This document shows, piece by piece, positions 26,966 through 35,406 of a stretch of DNA of 64,000 nucleotides; positions within the stretch are counted from its first letter, which is position 1, and every line of letters starts with the position of its first letter. A model generated the notes under the pieces. It saw only the letters and a program-made list of their open reading frames with translations. It searched no databases and was not told the DNA's origin. This stretch comes from an uncultured delta proteobacterium. GTDB lineage: Bacteria > Desulfobacterota > Binatia > Binatales > Binataceae. The DNA lies in assembly GCA_963773975.1 (NCBI GenBank), contig CAVZDJ010000037.1:105041-169040 (forward strand), written 5' to 3'. Position numbers and translations under genes: made by a program.

Positions 26966-29002
26966 TCAAGCCCCACTGGCCCTGGGCAAGTACATCTCGA
27001 CCACCGTGCCCGCCCCGAGTTCGCTAAGGATGCGCACCGTGCCACCCGCCTCGCGCACGAATTCATCGACCGTGCTAAGCCCGAGGCCGGTTCCATGTTC
27101 CCCTGCCTTGGTGGTGAAGAACGGTTCGAGCGCGCGGGCGAGCACTGCTTTGCTCATTCCAACGCCGGTATCGGCCACCGAAATGAGGACGCAGTCGCGC
27201 CGGGCGAGCTCGGCCGGCAAGCGCCCATCGCCGGCAGCGAGATTCATGGTCGCGAAGGCTATCCGGCCGCTCTCTGGCATCGCGTCACGCGCGTTGATCG
27301 CGAGATTTAACAAGGCCATCTCCAGGCGATTCGAGTCGACGAGGACCGGCCAAAGATCGGAAGACAAGGCGTATGCGATCTCTATCTGAGGGGAGATCGT
27401 TCGCCGCAGGAGATCCGAAGCGGCGTAGATCAGTTTGTTCGCATCGGACACCAGCACCAAGGATCGTTGATTTCGGGTGAACGCCAGCAACCGCTGGGTT
27501 AGTCCGGACGCTTGATCACAAGCTCTGTCTATGGTCGTCAGGTGACCTGCGAGGACCGCAGAGGGCCGCTGCAGCTCGATCACATTCAGCGTACTTTTGA
27601 TGACCTGCAGTAGATTGTTGAAGTCGTGCGTCACCCCGCTCGCAAGCAGTCCGATGATCTCGCGTTTCTGGAGTTGCAAAAGCTCATTTTCGGCTTTTTG
27701 ACGTTCGACGATTTGACTCGAAAGCCGGGCGTTCGCCTCGACCAGGTCGCGCGTGCGTTCGGCGACCAGACGCTCGAGCTCCGTGCGGCTGCGCAGCACC
27801 GCTTGGCGCGCCTCGACCATCCCGGTTACGTCGACGAAAGCGCCAACTGCGCCGCGGGTCTTGCCGCTATCGTCAAACAACGGGGTGGCGTTGCCATAGA
27901 TGTGGGTAATGTCGCCGCCTTCGAAAGCCAGCGCCAATTCGGCATGGCGGACCATTTCGCCCGTTGCTGCCGCCCGCTGCACCGGTAAATCCGCGTCCAC
28001 GATCTCGACTCCGTCCTTGAGAGCTCTGAAATTCCGGGGAGCCGTTTCGCCCCCGGATTTCGAGAGATTGGCCCCCGCGGGCAGCCGGAGCAATTGCCGG
28101 GTGTTGCGATTGCCGAACATCGTTCGACACTTTGGGTCATGGGTCAGGAACACCGCCGCTGGAACCGCCTCGAGGACCGCCTCCAAGTCCTCGACCTTGT
28201 TCCGCAGTTCACGCTCGACGCGTTTGAGTTCGGTCGCGTCCTCCACCACGACATTGAAAGCGACGACCTTTCCCGCACTGTCCTTCTGCGGCAGACATTG
28301 CATGATCCAAACCCGCCGGAAGCCGGGCCACGCCGGGGTCTCGCCCTCCATTTCCGCATTGAAGACCGGATCTCCTGTCTCTAACACCCGCCGCAGGATC
28401 AATTCCGTGCAGTCGGCGATGTCCGGCAGAAGTTCGCGGATGGTCTTCCCGAGATGCGCGGCGAGCGGGAAGCCAGTCATCGCCGCGTACCGCTGATTGA
28501 CGCGAAGATAATGGAACTCGGGGCTGAGGTAGGCCAATCCGACGGGCGCATGCGCGTAGACATCACCCAGTTCTGAGAACTGCTGGAGCGCTATCTTGTC
28601 GCCCTCCTTGCGCGCTTGTTCCTGGCGTTTGCGCTCGGTGATGTCCCGAAAGTAAACAACGATCCCGCCTTCGCAGGGATAAATGCTGTTTTCGAACCAG
28701 ATGCCCATCGGCGCATAGAAGTCTTCGCACCGCACCGCGATCCGCTCAGCCATCGATTTCCGGCACGCGTTCTCGAACACCCCACCGGAAGGACGCGGGA
28801 ACGCTTCCCAAATAATTTTGCCCAGCACATCGTGTTCGCCGAGAATCGGCGTAGCGTGGCGATTGATATAAACCAGGCGCCACGCGGTATCCAGCACGAT
28901 GACTGCGTCCGTGGTGCTCTCGTGCACGGTCACCGCATAGGCCGCCCAACGCGGCTCTTGGTGATCGTCCTTCTCTTGCGGCTTGCGATCTGTCGGGTCC
29001 AT
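26966..29002 (-). CDS. multi-PAS sensor histidine kinase
   Basis: It has several PAS/PAC modules, then the HisKA H-box (ASGVTHDFNNLLQVI) and HATPase_c N/G boxes (NLAINARDAM, DTGVGM, GTGLGLS). Confidence 0.9.
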   Translation of the reverse strand: MDPTDRKPQEKDDHQEPRWAAYAVTVHESTTDAVIVLDTAWRLVYINRHATPILGEHDVLGKIIWEAFPRPSGGVFENACRKSMAERIAVRCEDFYAPMGIWFENSIYPCEGGIVVYFRDITERKRQEQARKEGDKIALQQFSELGDVYAHAPVGLAYLSPEFHYLRVNQRYAAMTGFPLAAHLGKTIRELLPDIADCTELILRRVLETGDPVFNAEMEGETPAWPGFRRVWIMQCLPQKDSAGKVVAFNVVVEDATELKRVERELRNKVEDLEAVLEAVPAAVFLTHDPKCRTMFGNRNTRQLLRLPAGANLSKSGGETAPRNFRALKDGVEIVDADLPVQRAAATGEMVRHAELALAFEGGDITHIYGNATPLFDDSGKTRGAVGAFVDVTGMVEARQAVLRSRTELERLVAERTRDLVEANARLSSQIVERQKAENELLQLQKREIIGLLASGVTHDFNNLLQVIKSTLNVIELQRPSAVLAGHLTTIDRACDQASGLTQRLLAFTRNQRSLVLVSDANKLIYAASDLLRRTISPQIEIAYALSSDLWPVLVDSNRLEMALLNLAINARDAMPESGRIAFATMNLAAGDGRLPAELARRDCVLISVADTGVGMSKAVLARALEPFFTTKAGEHGTGLGLSTVDEFVREAGGTVRILSELGAGTVVEMYLPRASGA

Positions 29003-29377
29003 TTTTTCGAGCCTGCCGGACGTGGCAAGGAATCGCCGGCCGGCTGATTCCTTGAGCGTTATTTTGAATTCTAGAGGCGCTATTTGTATATTAACGGAAA
29101 GGAAAAATCCAATGTGAAAACGGAACTCGGTATGGTGCTTCTTATCATCTTCACACGCTCTGAAGCGAGTCCTGGGAAAGAACCGCTACGTGAAGTGCTT
29201 TGCTCGGGGCGAGGCAGCTTGAAATCGCCGCGCGATTGCTGAACAGTCTTGCCTTCATCTGAAGCTGATTTTCGCGAAACTGATTTTCGTGCGGACTTTT
29301 GCGGCCGCAAAATTTTAGCTTCCGAGTCCAAATTTCAACCCACGCAGCGCGGTGTCCCCGCGAGGAGTTTTGGCGCG

Positions 29378-30220
29378 ATGCCCGAAGACAAGTTTCAAAA
29401 CGTCGGCGCAGTCAAGTTGCACTACCTGGACTTCGGCGGTGAGGGTCAGCCGGCGCTGGTCTGTCTCCATGGGCTGACCGGCAACGCGCACAACTTCGAC
29501 GCGCTGGCGCCCCATCTGACGGCGCGCTACCGCGTGCTCGCGCTCGACGTGCGCGGCCGCGGCGACAGCGGATGGGGTCCGCCGCTGGATTACAATCCGC
29601 AGGTGTACGTGAGCGACCTCAAGGGATTCCTCGACGCGCTCGGGATCAAACGCGTGAGCCTGGTAGGAACCTCGATGGGCGGAATAGTCTCGATGATGTA
29701 CGCCGGCGGGTATCCGGAAACCGTGGAGCATCTGGTGCTGAATGACATCGGTCCCGAGATCGAACCGGCCGGCCTGATGCGAATCATCGCCTACGTCGGC
29801 CAGGCACCCGATCGCTTCAAGGACGTGGCCGAGGTCAGAGCCTACTACCGGGCAACCTATCCGCCCGCGGCCAAGCTCTCGGACGATCTGCTCACCGAGT
29901 GGGTGCGATGGTCGGTCAAGCCGACCGAAGACGGCGGGCTTACGTGGAAGATGGATCCGGCGGTGCGCCGTCCACCGCGCGGCGGTTCGGCGGCGCGGCC
30001 GATCGATCTGTGGCTGCATTACAACCGTGTGATGGCGCCGATCCTGATCGTGCGCGGCGCGCAGAGCGACATCCTGTCGCGCGACACGGCGGCCCGGATG
30101 ATCAAGGTGCAGCGTGGCGTCCGCCTGGTCGAGGTTCCCGGCGTCGCCCATGCGCCGTCGCTGGTCGAACCTGAAGCGCTCGAGGCGATTACCGGCTTTC
30201 TCGGCGTCACCAAGGCATAG
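29378..30220 (+). CDS. alpha/beta hydrolase
   Basis: The start is ATG 29378. It has HGLTGNAHNF, the GTSMGG nucleophile elbow and a C-terminal GVAHAP His region. Confidence 0.85.
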   Translation: MPEDKFQNVGAVKLHYLDFGGEGQPALVCLHGLTGNAHNFDALAPHLTARYRVLALDVRGRGDSGWGPPLDYNPQVYVSDLKGFLDALGIKRVSLVGTSMGGIVSMMYAGGYPETVEHLVLNDIGPEIEPAGLMRIIAYVGQAPDRFKDVAEVRAYYRATYPPAAKLSDDLLTEWVRWSVKPTEDGGLTWKMDPAVRRPPRGGSAARPIDLWLHYNRVMAPILIVRGAQSDILSRDTAARMIKVQRGVRLVEVPGVAHAPSLVEPEALEAITGFLGVTKA

Positions 30221-30313
30221 CCGAGCCGCGCCACCGTCGCGGAGCCCGAAAGCTTCCTTGGACCGCGGACGTGCGATGTGGCGCGCGGGAGGGGCTGCCT
30301 TGGGCTCGCGTGC

Positions 30314-31333
30314 CTAGTGCGGGAACTCGACGATCACTTTGGCCCGGCCTCCCGGCTTGCGCAGCGCCTGGAACATCTCGGGCACCTGGTCGACGCCGAT
30401 CACGTCGGTGACCATCGGACGCGGGTCGATCTTGCCGGTCGCCAGAGCATCGATCGTCTCCTGGAACTCCGCGTCGTTGTAGCCAAGCACGAAGGTGACG
30501 GTGATTTCCTTGAAAATGCATCGCACCGGCGTGATTTCATCCGGCTCCATGCATACCCCGAGCACCACCACCCGCCCCAACGTTGCGACCATCTGGATCG
30601 CGGACTCCAGCGTCGACTTGACGCCGATACACTCAAAGACGAGATCGGGACCGCGCCCGGTCAGCTCGCGCATCCGCTCGGCCGGATCCTTGATGGTGGG
30701 ATTGACGACCTCGGTCGCGCCAAGCCGCCGGGCAAGCTCGGTGCGTCCCGCCGCAAGCTCGGAAACGATGATCGTCTGCGCGCCCTTGGCCTTGCACCAT
30801 AGGAGCGTCGCGAGCCCGATCGGTCCGGCGCCCATCACCACGCACGCCGCACCCGCCCCCAGGCCGGAGCGGTTGACGCCGTGCAATCCGACCGAAAGCG
30901 GCTCGACCAGCGCGCCGAGTTGCGAGCTCAGGTTGTCCGGCAGCCTGAAGAGGCTCTTCGCTCCGCACATCACGTATTCGGCGTAGGCGCCGGGAAGCTG
31001 GCCCAGGCCAAGCCCGCGGATCTTCTCGCAGTGCATCCCGTGGCCCGCAACGCATTGCTCGCAGGTATCGCATCCGATGTATGGCAGGGAGGTTACGCGA
31101 TCGCCGATCGCGTAACCGCTCACCTGCGGGCCAAGCTCGACGATCTCGCCGCAGAACTCATGGCCCATCACCGAGTCGGGCGGCATCCCGAAGCCATACT
31201 GCACGGCGTGCAGGTCGGAGCCGCAGATTCCGCAGTTATGGACCTTGAGCACGACTTCACCGGGCCCGGCGATAGGCCGCGGCACGTCGATCACGGCCAT
31301 CTCGTTCGGTCGTCTGTAGACCGCGGCTTTCAT
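30314..31333 (-). CDS. zinc-dependent alcohol dehydrogenase (MDR family, sorbitol/threonine dehydrogenase-like)
   Basis: It has GICGSDLH, GHEFCGEIVELG, the structural zinc site CDTCEQC..C and the Rossmann motif VMGAGPIG. Confidence 0.9.
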   Translation of the reverse strand: MKAAVYRRPNEMAVIDVPRPIAGPGEVVLKVHNCGICGSDLHAVQYGFGMPPDSVMGHEFCGEIVELGPQVSGYAIGDRVTSLPYIGCDTCEQCVAGHGMHCEKIRGLGLGQLPGAYAEYVMCGAKSLFRLPDNLSSQLGALVEPLSVGLHGVNRSGLGAGAACVVMGAGPIGLATLLWCKAKGAQTIIVSELAAGRTELARRLGATEVVNPTIKDPAERMRELTGRGPDLVFECIGVKSTLESAIQMVATLGRVVVLGVCMEPDEITPVRCIFKEITVTFVLGYNDAEFQETIDALATGKIDPRPMVTDVIGVDQVPEMFQALRKPGGRAKVIVEFPH

Positions 31334-31401
31334 CGAATTTCTCCCGGATTTTTCTCCCCGCGGGATCTTATAAATTCGGGTTAACCGCTATGCGCGCTGG
31401 A

Positions 31402-31785
31402 TTATGTGCGCTCGATCAGCTCGATCTTGTAGCCGTTGGGATCCTCGATAAAGGCGATCACCGCGCCGCCAAATTTCATTGGGCCGGGCTCGCGCGTCAC
31501 CTTCACGCCCTTATGCTTGAGCTCCTCGCAGGTCTTGTAGATGTCGTCGACGCCGACCGCGAGATGGCCGAAGGCGGTGCCCAGATCGTAGCTCTTGGTG
31601 TCCCAGTTATGGGTGAGCTCGACCACCGTATCGTCGTCCTCGTCGCCGTAGCCGACGAAGGCCAGGGTGAATTTGCCGTCGGGATAATCCTTGCGCCTCA
31701 GCAGTTTCATTCCCATCGCGTCGCAATAGAACTTCAGCGTCTGGTCGAGATCGTTGACCCGGAGCATCGTGTGCAGAAGCCGCAT
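31402..31785 (-). CDS. gloA: lactoylglutathione lyase (glyoxalase I)
   Basis: The start is ATG 31785, with a GGGAGAA RBS 7-8 nt upstream. MRLLHTMLRVNDLDQTLKFY...GYGDEDDDTVVELTHNW...FGHLAVGVDD...IAFIEDPNGYKIELIE is collinear with GloA (127 aa). Confidence 0.9.
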   Translation of the reverse strand: MRLLHTMLRVNDLDQTLKFYCDAMGMKLLRRKDYPDGKFTLAFVGYGDEDDDTVVELTHNWDTKSYDLGTAFGHLAVGVDDIYKTCEELKHKGVKVTREPGPMKFGGAVIAFIEDPNGYKIELIERT

Positions 31786-32085
31786 CGTGGTTCTCCCTTG
31801 TTGGCGCGCCCCTTCGCGCGCGGCGATCGCGCGACCCAGTTGGCCGCGGATTTCATCGAATACCTTCTCGGTCGGCCGCATCCCCAGCGCCTCCATCCGC
31901 TCGACCAGCTCCCAGCGCTCGACCCCGAGCATCCGCGCCGCCTCATGCTCGTGCAGGCGGCGCGCGTCGACCAGCGCAAGGATCGCCCACTCGCGCACGC
32001 GCGTCGCGAAGGTGTCCTCGGAAAAACCGGCGTCGAAAACGTCGGCGGGCAGGTCGAGCGCAATTTTCACTTTCTCACTTTTCAC
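31786..32085 (-). CDS. UPF0175-like (antitoxin-type HTH) ORF with no stop of its own, in frame with gloA
   Basis: The ~100 aa (V)KSEKVKIALDLPADVF...REWAILALVDARRLHEHEAARMLGVERWELVERMEALGM match the UPF0175 pattern. Start could be GTG 32085 or 32070. The reading frame continues without a stop into gloA. Confidence 0.45.
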
Positions 32086-32294
32086 TGTTTCATGTTCAGG
32101 GCCGGCCGTATCCGTTCTTTTTTCTCCGCGATTGGCCGCGGGATGTCAATCAGGTGCGCGTCGCGCCATGCGTGGGTGCTCGTCGCGCCATGCCTGGATG
32201 CGCGGCGCGCCAGGATCAGGCGTTGGACGGCCGGCTGTGATATGCATTTTAGAGGCTGCCGGCCCGCAGAGTTAAGGAGGCACGCAAGCGGCAA

Positions 32295-33475
32295 ATGGAC
32301 TTCAACTACAGCCCCGAGGACGAGGCGTTTCGGGCCGAGTTCCGCGCCTGGCTCGAGAAGAACCGCCAGTACGCCACCCCCGCGCGCGAGCCGATGACCG
32401 ACGAGACCGACGACGAATGGGAAGGGCGCATCCGATGGCATCGCAAGCTCAACGAGGGCGGCTGGATCGGGCTTAGCTGGCCCAAGGAGTACGGCGGCCG
32501 CGGTGCAACGCTGCTCCAGAGCATCATCTATGAGCAGGAACTGGAGCGCGCCGGCACCGCCGTTCCATTCGTCGGCTTCGGCATCTCGCTGCTCGGTCCC
32601 ACGCTCATCCACTGGGGCACCGAGGAACAGAAGCGCCGCCACGTGCCCAAAATTCTGACCGCCGAGGAAATCTGGTGCCAAGGCTACTCGGAGCCAAACT
32701 CGGGCTCCGACCTGGCCTCGGTGCAGACCCGCGCGGTCGAAGAGGGCGACTACTTCGTCGTCAACGGATCGAAAATCTGGACCTCCGCGGCGCATCACGC
32801 CGACTGGATATTCTTGCTCACCCGCACCGACACCGAAGCGCCTAAACACAAGGGCATCACCTACCTGCTGGTCGACATGAAGACGCCCGGCGTGGAGGTG
32901 CGGCCGCTGGTCCAGATGACCGGTGCGCGCGGTTTCAACCAGGTCTTCTTCGAGGACGTCCGCGTGCCCAAGGCGAATATCGTCGGGCACAAGAACCAGG
33001 GATGGCAGGTCGCGATCACCACGCTGATGTTCGAGCGCTCGGGCGGCCATGACCGCGGGCTGATGCGCCAGGTGCGCGAGCTGACGGCGCTCGCGAAGCG
33101 GCTGCCGCGCAATGGGCGCAGCGCCTGGGACGATAGCAGCGTGCGGCAGCGCGCCGCGCAGTTCGCGATGGAGGTCGAGGCGATCAAGTACACGGGCTTG
33201 CGCAATCTCACGCGCCAGCTCAAGGGGCTGCCGCCGGGACCCGAGGGCTCGATGATGAAGCTGTGCGCCACCGAGTCGGATTGAAGATCGCGATGTTCGC
33301 GATGGAGCTGCTGGGGCCGTATAGCCAGTTCGAGCACGACGCGGCGTTCGCGATTGACCAGGGGACGTGGTCGCATCGGATGCTCGCGGCGCGTGGCCCG
33401 ACGATCTACGCGGGGACCAACCAGATCCAACACAACATCATCGGCGAGCGGGTGCTGGGCCTGCCCAAGGGATAA
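32295..33475 (+). pseudogene. acyl-CoA dehydrogenase, interrupted by a 1-nt frameshift near 33280
   Basis: ORFs 32295..33284 and 33263..33475 together are collinear with the intact paralogs at 45128 and 46357. Here the sequence reads ...GSMMKLCATESD* then LKIAMFAMELLGPYSQFEH...IGERVLGLPKG. The junction tcg-ga-ttg lacks one nucleotide. Confidence 0.8.
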
Positions 33476-33612
33476 CGGACAGAATCTCTCCTTGCGCCGG
33501 CTCGGCTAGCGCGCCGCCCTTTTTATTCCTGTCGCCGGCGCTTGCTTATGCCCTAGCCACGCTTGGTAAGTCAGGGGTTTTCTACCCCTCCGCCCGATTT
33601 GTTCCTGAACCC

Positions 33613-35013
33613 CTACCGGGTGCGCGGGCCGGGCGGAGGCGCGATCGAAACCACGTGCTGCTGGAGCGCGCGAACGCTGATGCCGAGTTTGCGCGCCGCC
33701 GCTGTGCGATCGCCGCCGCATACCATCAGCGCCTGCAGTGCCATCTCGCGCCGCATCCGAAAAGGGCTCGATTTCCAGATCGACGGCGTGATGGGCGGAC
33801 CGGCCAGTTGAGGGCGGACGTCGGTCGCCTGGATAAGCTGGCTCGCCTCGTCGCGCCGCATGATCGCGAAGCGCGTGACCAGATTGTGCAGCTCGCGCAC
33901 GTTGCCCGGGAATGGATAGTTGCCCAGCAATACCAGCGCTTCGGGCGTGAAGCTCAGCCGGGGCGCTACGACGCGCAGGAAGCCAGCGGCAAGCAGCGCG
34001 ATGTCGGCGCGGCGCTCGCGCAGCGGTGGCACTCCCAGGGTCAGCACAGCCAGCCGATCGTAGAGTTCGCGCTTAAACCGGCCCTTCAAAGTCAACGGCC
34101 CCAACGGCCGGTTGGTCGCCGATACCAGGCGCGCGCCGGACCTAACTTTTCCAACTTCGCGATCGCCCGGAGCAGAATCGCCGACCTGGGAGTAGGCTCT
34201 TTTGAATTCGTCGGCTTTGGAATTGCCCGCGCGCAAGATCGCGCGCAGCACCCTCGTCTGCGACACGGGTGAAAGTTCCGAAACCTGGTCGAGGAACAGC
34301 GTGGTGTCAGGGGCCGCGCACAGCTCGTCGAGCCGGTTCTCCGCGCCGGCCGGACCTCGTGCGGTGTCGCCGAACGTGTCTCGATCGACGCCGCGATCGA
34401 TTTTGCGGGACCCCAGCGCGGGATCGTTGAGCGCCGCGCAGTTGACCGAAGACATCGCGCCGGCGCGTCCGCTGGCCGCGTGAATCATACGTACCAGCAG
34501 TTCCTTGCCGGTGCCAGTTTCGCCGGTGACCAGAATGGGCGAGTCCACCTGCCCGGCGCGCGCCGCGGCGCGAATGACCGCGAACATCGCCGCGTCGGCG
34601 GTCAGTATTGGTGGAGAAAGGCCGAACGCGTAAGAGACGACACAACTCGCCGCGGCCCACACACAGCCAGGCCCTTCGAATTCGATCGCCTCGTTCTCGG
34701 CTTGTTCATCCGACTGCTCATGGGGCTGCTCTTGGGCCTTGTCATAGGACCGCGCGTGGCCATGTTCGATCATCAAGCGCGTTGTCGGAGCACCGGTGCG
34801 ACCCTCGGCCGCGAACGATTCGCCCGATTTGACCCGGATCGTGGCCTGCGCGCGATCGTCTGGCGCGAGTAGCTCGATTCCCAATCCAGCGACCAACGGT
34901 TCCAGCGATCGAGGTAATCCCGGCGCCAACCAGACCCTTTCGCCGCTTGAACGCGCCGCGCCTGTCTTCGCGGTTTGGGTATCCGCTAGATCCGTCTTCT
35001 CCTGGTCTTTCAT
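33613..35013 (-). CDS. sigma-54-activator-type AAA+ regulator with Fis HTH, atypical (no GAFTGA, Walker B DQ)
   Basis: The start is ATG 35013, with a GGAGGA RBS. It has Walker A GETGTGKE, TLFLDQVSEL in place of TLFLDEIGEL, ARLVSATN, FPGNVRELHN and a C-terminal HTH (GGDRTAAARKLGISVRAL). No GAFTGA-like loop is present. Confidence 0.8.
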   Translation of the reverse strand: MKDQEKTDLADTQTAKTGAARSSGERVWLAPGLPRSLEPLVAGLGIELLAPDDRAQATIRVKSGESFAAEGRTGAPTTRLMIEHGHARSYDKAQEQPHEQSDEQAENEAIEFEGPGCVWAAASCVVSYAFGLSPPILTADAAMFAVIRAAARAGQVDSPILVTGETGTGKELLVRMIHAASGRAGAMSSVNCAALNDPALGSRKIDRGVDRDTFGDTARGPAGAENRLDELCAAPDTTLFLDQVSELSPVSQTRVLRAILRAGNSKADEFKRAYSQVGDSAPGDREVGKVRSGARLVSATNRPLGPLTLKGRFKRELYDRLAVLTLGVPPLRERRADIALLAAGFLRVVAPRLSFTPEALVLLGNYPFPGNVRELHNLVTRFAIMRRDEASQLIQATDVRPQLAGPPITPSIWKSSPFRMRREMALQALMVCGGDRTAAARKLGISVRALQQHVVSIAPPPGPRTR

Positions 35014-35406
35014 CCGAATCCTCCGCAGAACCCGCCCCCCATCCTCAACAACAATCTTGTGCAAGGCGGATACCAGACCGGCGCAAGAGCCAAAACTCAA
35101 GCAAGCGGAGCAGAAGTCGCTATTGCTATGGGACGACGAAAAGTTGGCGACGAAAATCTGCATATATTCGCCGCAAAAGCGTGTAAACATGGCAAAGGAC
35201 GAGCGTCCGCAAGATCGTATCGGAGACACCCTCGATGCCCGTGGCGTCCATGAGACAGGGTGCGGATGAGACGCTTTTGCAGACCTGAACTCGCTGGCTT
35301 TTTTACAACTGGAGTTCTACACCGTTGGTTGGAGTAGATGACCTGAATAATCGGCGCGCAAACGAGTTTCGGTAAGCGGAACGACGCGTGCCGCGGAGAG
35401 ACATCG

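Noticed and set aside
35230-35406. Sigma-54 promoter between the atypical bEBP and the CocE-family gene (TGGCTTTTTTACAAC)
   Set aside because: A GG is present, but there is no GC at the -12 position with correct spacing, so it is not a credible -24/-12 element.
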